From NCBI GenBank assembly GCA_951406725.2, contig OX597829.1, positions 11,842,001 to 11,906,000 of the forward strand: DNA of 64,000 bases, written 5' to 3'. Shown one piece after another: positions 47,871 to 62,500 of the stretch (the stretch's first letter is position 1; each line of letters opens with the position of its first letter). The translations under genes were made by a program, and so were the position numbers. The DNA comes from Octopus vulgaris (Eukaryota). A model generated the notes under the pieces. That model did no database searches, was not told where the DNA came from, and saw only the letters and a list, made by a program, of their open reading frames with translations.

Positions 47871-48084
47871 GAAATGGTATAAAATTCGACATTTTCAAGA
47901 ATAATACTATTTACATCTGTTGCGATATATTTTTTCGCCGATTTCATTAAAACAATTTGGTCTCTTAATAGTTTTTTATTTATTTATTATTTTTATTTTT
48001 ATGTACTAGTGAATGTCTAATACATAAAAATAAAAATAATAAATAAATAAATTTAAAAAAAAAATAATAAAAAAAAAAATAAAC

Positions 48085-48332
48085 AAAAAAGTTTGTTTTA
48101 AACCTTGGGATTACATAGAGAGTATTTTGCGTAGGATATGAGCAGTTCCCATGAGCACTATCTTTTTGGGGTTTCCTGGAATCTGAGTTAGGTAGCAGGC
48201 ACAGAACTTCCAACCTGTTGTCTCTTTATCAGACATGATGGGTATATTGGGATTCGTATATTTTACCCCAGTGTCACTTTGATGGCATGAGCTGCTCTCT
48301 CACTCAATAATAATAATAATAATAATAATAAA
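48085..48332. mobile_element. Non-LTR (R4/Dong-like) C-terminal fragment on minus plus an (AAT)n-tailed 3' end on plus
   Basis: RC translates QKIVLMGTAHILRKIL; ...ctctctcactc(AAT)n at ~48295-48332; clade call is from memory. Confidence 0.5.
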
Positions 48333-48915
48333 TTCTTGTTTTATTGGCCACATGAAAGGACAAACAGAGAACGATAAAAACAAATGGTTTTGCAAAAAGA
48401 AAAGTCCGTGTAAACATATGGTAACAAGAAAAATTTAACAGGTAAAAAGAACTCCCAATAGGGGGGGGGCACTTTGAAAGTTATTCACCCACCTTTTAAT
48501 AAATTTGCTACAAGATTACACTTCCCTCTCTTCTCTCATCTTCCTTTTCAAGTGGAACTTGAAAAAGTTAACGAGGCCTTGGCCAAAGAGGGAAGTGTCT
48601 GACTTTGGCCCTTTCAAACGGGGCCACCATACCACCTCTTTCGCCACAGCCACTAGACAAATGAAAATTTTCCTTCCCCTCCCAGTTAGAGGAGGTCGGC
48701 GGGGCAAGCTTCACTATGGATTCAGCTGATAGCCGGATCTGTCCTACACGCGACAGCAGCTGTTCGACATAAACCCTCAGGTCAGCAATGCTCGGGCACT
48801 GGACTAGTGTGTGCAGAATGATTACGTAGTTCTGAGCGCACCTCGGGCGGGCCCAGCTGGAAGCAATCCATGGGCCCCGGCCTGAAAGTTCTCCCAAACA
48901 GACTGCTTAGCTTTA
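48333..48915 (-). mobile_element. Tx1/L1 LINE 3' end fragment
   Basis: ORFs 48568-48897 (LHTLVQCP..ESIVK) and 48516-48707 (VAVAKEVVW..FKFHLKRKMR); tail ...tttgtcctttcatgtgggccaataaaac. Confidence 0.75.
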
Positions 48916-48921
48916 ACAGTT

Positions 48922-49240
48922 TTAACTGTGCAATTTATGCGCTTCTAAAATTGTGGCAGTGTCCTCTATGTCTAAGAGGACAGCTACCACTAGCCAGCAT
49001 ATACTGAGTTCAGGTGGCACTTGCTCTATTTTTATTTTTGTAACGCGCCGACCAAGGTATGTCGGCATGAGCAGCAAATCCTCAGTTTTTAAGGGTACTG
49101 TGGAATACTGCTTTGCGTTCTTTTCAGTTGGGAAGCGAACTTCTACAGTTCCAAATCGTTTCCTCGCTTCCCCTTGGTTACATATTGATTTCTTTGCCCG
49201 TATCGGCTTTAGCACTATCTAAAACTTCTGTGGCACTTTA
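48922..49240 (-). mobile_element. Tx1/L1-related ORF1 fragment
   Basis: RKRFGTVEVRFP..LMPTYLGRRVTKIKIEQVPP..WLVVAV. Confidence 0.7.
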
Positions 49241-50514
49241 GTGATCTTTTTGATAATTGTAATCTTACCAATCAGTAAACTTATATACATCCAAGAGTTA
49301 ACTCAATTTAACAAAAGGTTTCAAATAAAAAATTTGTCAGTATACTGCAAAAAAGCATAACAATGTGAACAAAATGTGTTAAGGAATATTGGAAATAATT
49401 CCAGAAATGCAACAAAATTACTATTTCATCGATTTCCTCCGAGCAGTGGCAGATGCCAAAACAAACAAACAACATTTAAAGCTTCAGATAAATTATAATT
49501 ACCAAAGAGATTACTCAAGTGACGACATACAAATTTGTTGTTTTCAGGATACAAAATGCGTCAAAATATTGCAAATAAACATGAAAAAGTAAAATTGCTA
49601 ATTCAAATTTATTTATCTTCAAACATTTTGTAGATGATTTGAATTACCAAAGAGATTACCCAAGTGACAAAAGTTTTCCAAAAAATTATCTAAAAAGCTT
49701 TAAGTAAAATTGCAAATACAAATTTAATTTCGTGTCATTGAAAACGTCTGTCACTTAATTACTTTGATAAATGTAATCTTATCAAATGATAAAAAATATT
49801 GCTAATTGCAAAAAAATAACAATGTGTTGTCAAAATAATTCCTAGAAATGCAACAAATTAAAATTTGGCAATTTCTTTTACTTTTAAATGGTTATTTGCC
49901 CGAGGGATAACTAAAGTCACAGTAGATTTATGGATAGGGCATAAACATATGCCCTATCAATAAATCTACTTTACATGAGTTATAAATTGCATATAAAATC
50001 CAAGATTCTCAAAAGTTTTCATGATACAACTGTGTCAAAATATTGAACGTGAATAGCTTCAAATTTGAGTTACGTGATCTGTTAAATATAAATTTACAGA
50101 TTGATGATAAGGATATATTTATCAAAGACATCACAAAAATGTCAAAAGTTCCCAAGATACCTAATGTGTTAAAATATTGCAAATTTGTACTAATAAACAA
50201 TAAATTGGAATTTGCAATCTTGTTCACATTGTTAGACATTTCTTCGGTAACTATAAGTTTAGTGATTCATAATAATCTATATTTATTTAAGTAATCAGAA
50301 AAATATATATTTTGACATTTATAATTTATGAGGTTTTCAGGTAAAAAATTTTGACAAAATATTGCAAATAAGCATAAAAATGTGAACATGAACAAAATCA
50401 GGTAACTATTATTTACCTAAGAAATTTCTTATTTCACAAAAGATTTCAGAAAACAAAATATGTTTAAATATTGGAAATAAACATGAAAAAGTAAAATTGC
50501 TAATTCAAATTTTG
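49240..50514. repeat. Degenerate, deleted edge units of the 1.3-kb satellite
   Basis: Shuffled partial copies of unit segments, including the 50-bp hairpin at ~49921-49970. Confidence 0.8.
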
Positions 50515-53500
50515 TAGGACTCATTTGCAATATCTTCAAACATTTTGTAGCATAAATTACCAAAGAGATTACCCAAGTGACAAAAGTTTTCCAAAAAATT
50601 TCTGAAAAGCATAAAAAAGTAAAAAATACAAATTTTAATTTTAGTACTCATGTGGAAAAAGTTTTCACTATACAAATAAAAGTAATAAAGTGATATTGCT
50701 GATTTAAATTTGTTATTAAATTTATCACAAAACATTTTAACACATTTTTTATCCTGAAGATGACTGACAAATATATTGATGACAAAAGATTGCAAAATAT
50801 TGTACATAAACATAGAAAAGTGAAGAAAATTGCAAATTACAATCTTTTTTTTTTAGTACTTATTTGCAATATATTGACATATTTCGTATCATGAAAACGT
50901 CTGTCACTTGAGTGATCTCTTTGATAAATGTAATCTTATCAATCAGTAAACTTACATTCATCCAAGAGTTTACTCAATTCACAAAAGTTTCAGATAAAGA
51001 ATTTGTCAATATACTGCAAAAAAGCATAACAATGTGAAGAAAATGTGTCAAAATAATTCCTGAAATGCAACAAATTAAAATTTGCAATTTTTTTAAACTT
51101 TTTAATGGTTATTTGTCTAAGGGATAACTAAAGTCACAGTAGATTTATGGATAGGGCATAAATATAAGCCCTATCAATAAATCTACTTTACATGAGTTAT
51201 AAATTAACTCATATATATATCCAAGATTCTCAAAAGTTTTCATGATACAACTGTGTCAAAATATTGCACGTGAATACTAAAAAGCTTCAAATTTGAGTTA
51301 GCAATTTTGTTCACATTCTTATGCTTATTTGCAATATTTTGACACCGTTTTCATCTGAAAATTTTTGTGACGTGTGATCTGTTAAATATAAATTTACTGA
51401 TTGATGATAAGGATATATTTAAAATGTCAAAAGTTTTCAAGATACCTAATGTATCTTGCAAAAAAGTACTAATAAAACAATAAATTGGAATTTGCAATCT
51501 TGTTCACATTGTTAGACATTTTTTATCTGAAAACTTTTGTGACGAGTAATTTCTTCGGTAACTATAAGTTTAGTGGTTCATAATAATCTATATTTATTAA
51601 AGTCATCAGAAAAATATCAATACTTTGTCACATTCTGTTTACTGAAATATTTTGACATTTTTGTGATGTCTTATAATTTATGAGGTTTTCAGGTAAAAAA
51701 TTTTGACAAAATATTGCAAATAAGCATAAAAATGTGAACATGAACAAAATCAGGTAACTATTATTTACCTAAGAAATTTCTTATTTCACAAAAGATTTCA
51801 GAAAACAAAATATGTTTAAATATTGGAAATAAACATGAAAAAGTAAAATTTAGGACTCATTTGCAATATCTTCAAACATTTTGTAGCATGAAATTACCAA
51901 AGAGATTACCCAAGTGACAAAAGTTTTCCAAAAAATTTTTGAAAAGCATAAAAAAGTAAACAAAATACAAATTTTAATTTTAGTACTCATGTGGAAAAAG
52001 TTTTCACTATACAAATAAAAGTAATAAAGTGATATTGCTGATTTAAATTTGTTAATAAATTTATCACAAAACATTTTAACATTTTTTCTCCTGAAGATGA
52101 CTGACAACTATATTGATGACAAAAGATTGCAAAATATTGTACATAAACATAGAAAAGTGAAGAAAATTGCAAATTACAATCTTTTTTTTTAGTACTTATT
52201 TGCAATATATTGACATATTTCGTATCATGAAAACGTCTGTCACTTGAGTGATCTCTTTGATAAATGTAATCTTATCAATCAGTAAACTTATATTCATCCA
52301 AGAGTTAACTCAATTCACAAAAGTTTCAGATAAAGAATTTGTCAATATACTGCAAAAAAGCATAACAATGTGAAGAAAATGTGTCAAAATAATTCCTGAA
52401 ATGCAACAAATTAAAATTTGCAATTTTTTAAACTTTTTAATGGTTATTTGTCTAAGGGATAACTAAAGTCACAGTAGATTTATGGATAGGGCATAAATAT
52501 AAGCCCTATCAATAAATCTACTTTACATGAGTTATAAATTAACTCATATATATATCCAAGATTCTCAAAAGTTTTCATGATACAACTGTGTCAAAATATT
52601 GCACGTGAATACTAAAAAGCTTCAAATTTGAGTTAGCAATTTTGTTCACATTCTTATGCTTATTTGCAATATTTTGACACCGTTTTCATCTGAAAATTTT
52701 TGTGACGTGTGATCTGTTAAATATAAATTTACTGATTGATGATAAGGATATATTTAAAATGTCAAAAGTTTTCAAGATACCTAATGTATCTTGCAAAAAG
52801 TACTAATAAAACAAAAATTGGAATTTGCAATCTTGTTCACATTGTTAGACATTTTTTATCTGAAAACTTTTGTGACGAGTAATTTCTTCGGTAACTATAA
52901 GTTTAGTGGTTCATAATAATCTATATTTATTAAAGTCATCAGAAAAATATCAATACTTTGTCACATTCTGTTTACTGAAATATTTTGACATTTTTGTGAT
53001 GTCTTATAATTTATGAGGTTTTCAGGTAAAAAATTTTGACAAAATATTGCAAATAAGCATAAAAATGTGAACATGAACAAAATCAGGTAACTATTATTTA
53101 CCTAAGAAATTTCTTATTTCACAAAAGATTTCAGAAAACAAAATATGTTTAAATATTGGAAATAAACATGAAAAAGTAAAATTTAGGACTCATTTGCAAT
53201 ATCTTCAAACATTTTGTAGCATGAAATTACCAAAGAGATTACCCAAGTGACAAAAGTTTTCCAAAAATTTTTGAAAAGCATAAAAAAGTAAACAAAATAC
53301 AAATTTTAATTTTAGTACTCATGTGGAAAAAGTTTTAAAGTGATATTGCTGATTTAAATTTGTTAATAAATTTATCACAAAACATTTTAACATTTTTTTC
53401 TCCTGAAGATGACTGACAACTATATTGATGACAAAAGATTGCAAAATATTGTACATAAACATAGAAAAGTGAAGAAAATTGCAAATTACAATCTTTTTTT

Positions 53501-56500
53501 TTTAGTACTTATTTGCAATATATTGACATATTTCGTATCATGAAAACGTCTGTCACTTGAGTGATCTCTTTGATAAATGTAATCTTATCAATCAGTAAAC
53601 TTATATTCATCCAAGAGTTTACTCAATTCACAAAAGTTTCAGATAAAGAATTTGTCAATATACTGCAAAAAAGCATAACAATGTGAAGAAAATGTGTCAA
53701 AATAATTCCTGAAATGCAACAAATTAAAATTTGCAATTTTTTTAACTTTTTAATGGTTATTTGTCTAAGGGATAACTAAAGTCACAGTAGATTTATGGAT
53801 AGGGCATAAATATAAGCCCTATCAATAAATCTACTTTACATGAGTTATAAATTAACTCATATATATATCCAAGATTCTCAAAAGTTTTCATGATACAACT
53901 GTGTCAAAATATTGCACGTGAATACTAAAAAGCTTCAAATTTGAGTTAGCAATTTTGTTCACATTCTTATGCTTATTTGCAATATTTTGACACCGTTTTC
54001 ATCTGAAAATTTTTGTGACGTGTGATCTGTTAAATATAAATTTACTGATTGATGATAAGGATATATTTAAAATGTCAAAAGTTTTCAAGATACCTAATGT
54101 ATCTTGCAAAAAAGTACTAATAAAACAATAAATTGGAATTTGCAATCTTGTTCACATTGTTAGACATTTTTTATCTGAAAACTTTTGTGACGAGTAATTT
54201 CTTCGGTAACTATAAGTTTAGTGGTTCATAATAATCTATATTTATTAAAGTCATCAGAAAAATATCAATACTTTGTCACATTCTGTTTACTGAAATATTT
54301 TGACATTTTTGTGATGTCTTATAATTTATGAGGTTTTCAGGTAAAAAATTTTGACAAAATATTGCAAATAAGCATAAAAATGTGAACATGAACAAAATCA
54401 GGTAACTATTATTTACCTAAGAAATTTCTTATTTCACAAAAGATTTCAGAAAACAAAATATGTTTAAATATTGGAAATAAACATGAAAAAGTAAAATTTA
54501 GGACTCATTTGCAATATCTTCAAACATTTTGTAGCATGAAATTACCAAAGAGATTACCCAAGTGACAAAAGTTTTCCAAAAAATTTTTGAAAAGCATAAA
54601 AAAGTAAACAAAATACAAATTTTAATTTTAGTACTCATGTGGAAAAAGTTTTCACTATACAAATAAAAGTAATAAAGTGATATTGCTGATTTAAATTTGT
54701 TAATAAATTTATCACAAAACATTTTAACATTTTTTCTCCTGAAGATGACTGACAACTATATTGATGACAAAAGATTGCAAAATATTGTACATAAACATAG
54801 AAAAGTGAAGAAAATTGCAAATTACAATCTTTTTTTTTTAGTACTTATTTGCAATATATTGACATATTTCGTATCATGAAAACGTCTGTCACTTGAGTGA
54901 TCTCTTTGATAAATGTAATCTTATCAATCAGTAAACTTATATTCATCCAAGAGTTAACTCAATTCACAAAAGTTTCAGATAAAGAATTTGTCAATATACT
55001 GCAAAAAAGCATAACAATGTGAAGAAAATGTGTCAAAATAATTCCTGAAATGCAACAAATTAAAATTTGCAATTTTTTTAACTTTTTAATGGTTATTTGT
55101 CTAAGGGATAACTAAAGTCACAGTAGATTTATGGATAGGGCATAAATATAAGCCCTATCAATAAATCTACTTTACATGAGTTATAAATTAACTCATATAT
55201 ATATCCAAGATTCTCAAAAGTTTTCATGATACAACTGTGTCAAAATATTGCACGTGAATACTAAAAAGCTTCAAATTTGAGTTAGCAATTTTGTTCACAT
55301 TCTTATGCTTATTTGCAATATTTTGACACCGTTTTCATCTGAAAATTTTTGTGACGTGTGATCTGTTAAATATAAATTTACTGATTGATGATAAGGATAT
55401 ATTTAAAATGTCAAAAGTTTTCAAGATACCTAATGTATCTTGCAAAAAAGTACTAATAAAACAATAAATTGGAATTTGCAATCTTGTTCACATTGTTAGA
55501 CATTTTTTATCTGAAAACTTTTGTGACGAGTAATTTCTTCGGTAACTATAAGTTTAGTGGTTCATAATAATCTATATTTATTAAAGTCATCAGAAAAATA
55601 TCAATACTTTGTCACATTCTGTTTACTGAAATATTTTGACATTTTTGTGATGTCTTATAATTTATGAGGTTTTCAGGTAAAAAATTTTGACAAAATATTG
55701 CAAATAAGCATAAAAATGTGAACATGAACAAAATCAGGTAACTATTATTTACCTAAGAAATTTCTTATTTCACAAAAGATTTCAGAAAACAAAATATGTT
55801 TAAATATTGGAAATAAACATGAAAAAGTAAAATTTAGGACTCATTTGCAATATCTTCAAACATTTTGTAGCATGAAATTACCAAAGAGATTACCCAAGTG
55901 ACAAAAGTTTTCCAAAAAATTTTTGAAAAGCATAAAAAAGTAAACAAAATACAAATTTTAATTTTAGTACTCATGTGGAAAAAGTTTTCACTATACAAAT
56001 AAAAGTAATAAAGTGATATTGCTGATTTAAATTTGTTAATAAATTTATCACAAAACATTTTAACATTTTTTCTCCTGAAGATGACTGACAACTATATTGA
56101 TGACAAAAGATTGCAAAATATTGTACATAAACATAGAAAAGTGAAGAAAATTGCAAATTACAATCTTTTTTTTTTAGTACTTATTTGCAATATATTGACA
56201 TATTTCGTATCATGAAAACGTCTGTCACTTGAGTGATCTCTTTGATAAATGTAATCTTATCAATCAGTAAACTTATATTCATCCAAGAGTTTAACTCAAT
56301 TCACAAAAGTTTCAGATAAAGAATTTGTCAATATACTGCAAAAAAGCATAACAATGTGAAGAAAATGTGTCAAAATAATTCCTGAAATGCAACAAATTAA
56401 AATTTGCAATTTTTTTAACTTTTTAATGGTTATTTGTCTAAGGGATAACTAAAGTCACAGTAGATTTATGGATAGGGCATAAATATAAGCCCTATCAATA

Positions 56501-59500
56501 AATCTACTTTACATGAGTTATAAATTAACTCATATATATATCCAAGATTCTCAAAAGTTTTCATGATACAACTGTGTCAAAATATTGCACGTGAATACTA
56601 AAAAGCTTCAAATTTGAGTTAGCAATTTTGTTCACATTCTTATGCTTATTTGCAATATTTTGACACCGTTTTCATCTGAAAATTTTTGTGACGTGTGATC
56701 TGTTAAATATAAATTTACTGATTGATGATAAGGATATATTTAAAATGTCAAAAGTTTTCAAGATACCTAATGTATCTTGCAAAAAATTGGAATTTGCAAT
56801 CTTGTTCACATTGTTAGACATTTTTTATCTGAAAACTTTTGTGACGAGTAATTTCTTCGGTAACTATAAGTTTAGTGGTTCATAATAATCTATATTTATT
56901 AAAGTCATCAGAAAAATATCAATACTTTGTCACATTCTGTTTACTGAAATATTTTGACATTTTTGTGATGTCTTATAATTTATGAGGTTTTCAGGTAAAA
57001 AATTTTGACAAAATATTGCAAATAAGCATAAAAATGTGAACATGAACAAAATCAGGTAACTATTATTTACCTAAGAAATTTCTTATTTCACAAAAGATTT
57101 CAGAAAACAAAATATGTTTAAATATTGGAAATAAACATGAAAAAGTAAAATTTAGGACTCATTTGCAATATCTTCAAACATTTTGTAGCATGAAATTACC
57201 AAAGAGATTACCCAAGTGACAAAAGTTTTCCAAAAAATTTTTGAAAAGCATAAAAAAGTAAACAAAATACAAATTTTAATTTTAGTACTCATGTGGAAAA
57301 AGTTTTCACTATACAAATAAAAGTAATAAAGTGATATTGCTGATTTAAATTTGTTAATAAATTTATCACAAAACATTTTAACATTTTTTCTCCTGAAGAT
57401 GACTGACAACTATATTGATGACAAAAGATTGCAAAATATTGTACATAAACATAGAAAAGTGAAGAAAATTGCAAATTACAATCTTTTTTTTTAGTACTTA
57501 TTTGCAATATATTGACATATTTCGTATCATGAAAACGTCTGTCACTTGAGTGATCTCTTTGATAAATGTAATCTTATCAATCAGTAAACTTATATTCATC
57601 CAAGAGTTACTCAATTCACAAAAGTTTCAGATAAAGAATTTGTCAATATACTGCAAAAAAGCATAAGAATGTGAAGAAAATGTGTCAAAATAATTCCTGA
57701 AATGCAACAAATTAAAATTTGCAATTTTTTTAACTTTTTAATGGTTATTTGTCTAAGGGATGACTAAAGTCACAGTAGATTTATGGATAGGGCATAAATA
57801 TAAGCCCTATCAATAAATCTACTTTACATGAGTTATAAATTAACTCATATATATATCCAAGATTCTCAAAAGTTTTCATGATACAACTGTGTCAAAATAT
57901 TGCACGTGAATACTAAAAAGCTTCAAATTTGAGTTAGCAATTTTGTTCACATTCTTATGCTTATTTGCAATATTTTGACACCGTTTTCATCTGAAAATTT
58001 TTGTGACGTGTGATCTGTTAAATATAAATTTACTGATTGATGATAAGGATATATTTAAAATGTCAAAAGTTTTCAAGATACCTAATGTATCTTGCAAAAA
58101 AGTACTAATAAAACAATAAATTGGAATTTGCAATCTTGTTCACATTGTTAGACATTTTTTATCTGAAAACTTTTGTGACGAGTAATTTCTTCGGTAACTA
58201 TAAGTTTAGTGGTTCATAATAATCTATATTTATTAAAGTCATCAGAAAAATATCAATACTTTGTCACATTCTGTTTACTGAAATATTTTGACATTTTTGT
58301 GATGTCTTATAATTTATGAGGTTTTCAGGTAAAAAATTTTGACAAAATATTGCAAATAAGCATAAAAATGTGAACATGAACAAAATCAGGTAACTATTAT
58401 TTACCTAAGAAATTTCTTATTTCACAAAAGATTTCAGAAAACAAAATATGTTTAAATATTGGAAATAAACATGAAAAAGTAAAATTTAGGACTCATTTGC
58501 AATATCTTCAAACATTTTGTAGCATGAAATTACCAAAGAGATTACCCAAGTGACAAAAGTTTTCCAAAAAATTTTTGAAAAGCATAAAAAAGTAAACAAA
58601 ATACAAATTTTAATTTTAGTACTCATGTGGAAAAAGTTTTCACTATACAAATAAAAGTAATAAAGTGATATTGCTGATTTAAATTTGTTAATAAATTTAT
58701 CACAAAACATTTTAACATTTTTTCTCCTGAAGATGACTGACAACTATATTGATGACAAAAGATTGCAAAATATTGTACATAAACATAGAAAAGTGAAGAA
58801 AATTGCAAATTACAATCTTTTTTTTTTAGTACTTATTTGCAATATATTGACATATTTCGTATCATGAAAACGTCTGTCACTTGAGTGATCTCTTTGATAA
58901 ATGTAATCTTATCAATCAGTAAACTTATATTCATCCAAGAGTTTACTCAATTCACAAAAGTTTCAGATAAAGAATTTGTCAATATACTGCAAAAAAGCAT
59001 AACAATGTGAAGAAAATGTGTCAAAATAATTCCTGAAATGCAACAAATTAAAATTTGCAATTTTTTAAACTTTTTAATGGTTATTTGTCTAAGGGATAAC
59101 TAAAGTCACAGTAGATTTATGGATAGGGCATAAATATAAGCCCTATCAATAAATCTACTTTACATGAGTTATAAATTAACTCATATATATATCCAAGATT
59201 CTCAAAAGTTTTCATGATACAACTGTGTCAAAATATTGCACGTGAATACTAAAAAGCTTCAAATTTGAGTTAGCAATTTTGTTCACATTCTTATGCTTAT
59301 TTGCAATATTTTGACACCGTTTTCATCTGAAAATTTTTGTGACGTGTGATCTGTTAAATATAAATTTACTGATTGATGATAAGGATATATTTAAAATGTC
59401 AAAAGTTTTCAAGATACCTAATGTATCTTGCAAAAAAGTACTAATAAAACAATAAATTGGAATTTGCAATCTTGTTCACATTGTTAGACATTTTTTATCT

Positions 59501-62500
59501 GAAAACTTTTGTGACGAGTAATTTCTTCGGTAACTATAAGTTTAGTGGTTCATAATAATCTATATTTATTAAAGTCATCAGAAAAATATCAATACTTTGT
59601 CACATTCTGTTTACTGAAATATTTTGACATTTTTGTGATGTCTTATAATTTATGAGGTTTTCAGGTAAAAAATTTTGACAAAATATTGCAAATAAGCATA
59701 AAAATGTGAACATGAACAAAATCAGGTAACTATTATTTACCTAAGAAATTTCTTATTTCACAAAAGATTTCAGAAAACAAAATATGTTTAAATATTGGAA
59801 ATAAACATGAAAAAGTAAAATTTAGGACTCATTTGCAATATCTTCAAACATTTTGTAGCATGAAATTACCAAAGAGATTACCCATGTGACAAAAGTTTTC
59901 CAAAAAATTTTTGAAAAGCATAAAAAAGTAAACAAAATACAAATTTTAATTTTAGTACTCATGTGGAAAAAGTTTTCACTATACAAATAAAAGTAATAAA
60001 GTGATATTGCTGATTTAAATTTGTTAATAAATTTATCACAAAACATTTTAACATTTTTTCTCCTGAAGATGACTGACAACTATATTGATGACAAAAGATT
60101 GCAAAATATTGTACATAAACATAGAAAAGTGAAGAAAATTGCAAATTACAATCTTTTTTTTTAGTACTTATTTGCAATATATTGACATATTTCGTATCAT
60201 GAAAACGTCTGTCACTTGAGTGATCTCTTTGATAAATGTAATCTTATCAATCAGTAAACTTATATTCATCCAAGAGTTTACTCAATTCACAAAAGTTTCA
60301 GATAAAGAATTTGTCAATATACTGCAAAAAAGCATAACAATGTGAAGAAAATGTGTCAAAATAATTCCTGAAATGCAACAAATTAAAATTTGCAATTTTT
60401 TTAACTTTTTAATGGTTATTTGTCTAAGGGATAACTAAAGTCACAGTAGATTTATGGATAGGGCATAAATATAAGCCCTATCAATAAATCTACTTTACAT
60501 GAGTTATAAATTAACTCATATATATATCCAAGATTCTCAAAAGTTTTCATGATACAACTGTGTCAAAATATTGCACGTGAATACTAAAAAGCTTCAAATT
60601 TGAGTTAGCAATTTTGTTCACATTCTTATGCTTATTTGCAATATTTTGACACCGTTTTCATCTGAAAATTTTTGTGACGTGTGATCTGTTAAATATAAAT
60701 TTACTGATTGATGATAAGGATATATTTAAAATGTCAAAAGTTTTCAAGATACCTAATGTATCTTGCAAAAAAAGTACTAATAAAACAATAAATTGGAATT
60801 TGCAATCTTGTTCACATTGTTAGACATTTTTTATCTGAAAACTTTTGTGACGAGTAATTTCTTCGGTAACTATAAGTTTAGTGGTTCATAATAATCTATA
60901 TTTATTAAAGTCATCAGAAAAATATCAATACTTTGTCACATTCTGTTTACTGAAATATTTTGACATTTTTGTGATGTCTTATAATTTATGAGGTTTTCAG
61001 GTAAAAAATTTTGACAAAATATTGCAAATAAGCATAAAAATGTGAACATGAACAAAATCAGGTAACTATTATTTACCTAAGAAATTTCTTATTTCACAAA
61101 AGATTTCAGAAAACAAAATATGTTTAAATATTGGAAATAAACATGAAAAAGTAAAATTTAGGACTCATTTGCAATATCTTCAAACATTTTGTAGCATGAA
61201 ATTACCAAAGAGATTACCCAAGTGACAAAAGTTTTCCAAAAAATTTTTGAAAAGCATAAAAAAGTAAACAAAATACAAATTTTAATTTTAGTACTCATGT
61301 GGAAAAAGTTTTCACTATACAAATAAAAGTAATAAAGTGATATTGCTGATTTAAATTTGTTAATAAATTTATCACAAAACATTTTAACATTTTTTCTCCT
61401 GAAGATGACTGACAACTATATTGATGACAAAAGATTGCAAAATATTGTACATAAACATAGAAAAGTGAAGAAAATTGCAAATTACAATCTTTTTTTTTAG
61501 TACTTATTTGCAATATATTGACATATTTCGTATCATGAAAACGTCTGTCACTTGAGTGATCTCTTTGATAAATGTAATCTTATCAATCAGTAAACTTATA
61601 TTCATCCAAGAGTTTACTCAATTCACAAAAGTTTCAGATAAAGAATTTGTCAATATACTGCAAAAAAGCATAACAATGTGAAGAAAATGTGTCAAAATAA
61701 TTCCTGAAATGCAACAAATTAAAATTTGCAATTTTTTAAACTTTTTAATGGTTATTTGTCTGAGGGATAACTAAAGTCACAGTAGATTTATGGATAGGGC
61801 ATAAATATAAGCCCTATCAATAAATCTACTTTACATGAGTTATAAATTAACTCATATATATATCCAAGATTCTCAAAAGTTTTCATGATACAACTGTGTC
61901 AAAATATTGCACGTGAATACTAAAAAGCTTCAAATTTGAGTTAGCAATTTTGTTCACATTCTTATGCTTATTTGCAATATTTTGACACCGTTTTCATCTG
62001 AAAATTTTTGTGACGTGTGATCTGTTAAATATAAATTTACTGATTGATGATAAGGATATATTTAAAATGTCAAAAGTTTTCAAGATACCTAATGTATCTT
62101 GCAAAAAAGTACTAATAAAACAATAAATTGGAATTTGCAATCTTGTTCACATTGTTAGACATTTTTTATCTGAAAACTTTTGTGACGAGTAATTTCTTCG
62201 GTAACTATAAGTTTAGTGGTTCATAATAATCTATATTTATTAAAGTCATCAGAAAAATATCAATACTTTGTCACATTCTGTTTACTGAAATATTTTGACA
62301 TTTTTGTGATGTCTTATAATTTATGAGGTTTTCAGGTAAAAAATTTTGACAAAATATTGCAAATAAGCATAAAAATGTGAACATGAACAAAATCAGGTAA
62401 CTATTATTTACCTAAGAAATTTCTTATTTCACAAAAGATTTCAGAAAACAAAATATGTTTAAATATTGGAAATAAACATGAAAAAGTAAAATTTAGGACT

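Noticed and set aside
50752-50790. CTGAAGA-TGAC in each satellite unit as a hammerhead core
   Set aside because: No complementary stem II and no downstream GAAA/stem I; it is a variant of the monomer's ...ctgaaaa... motif.
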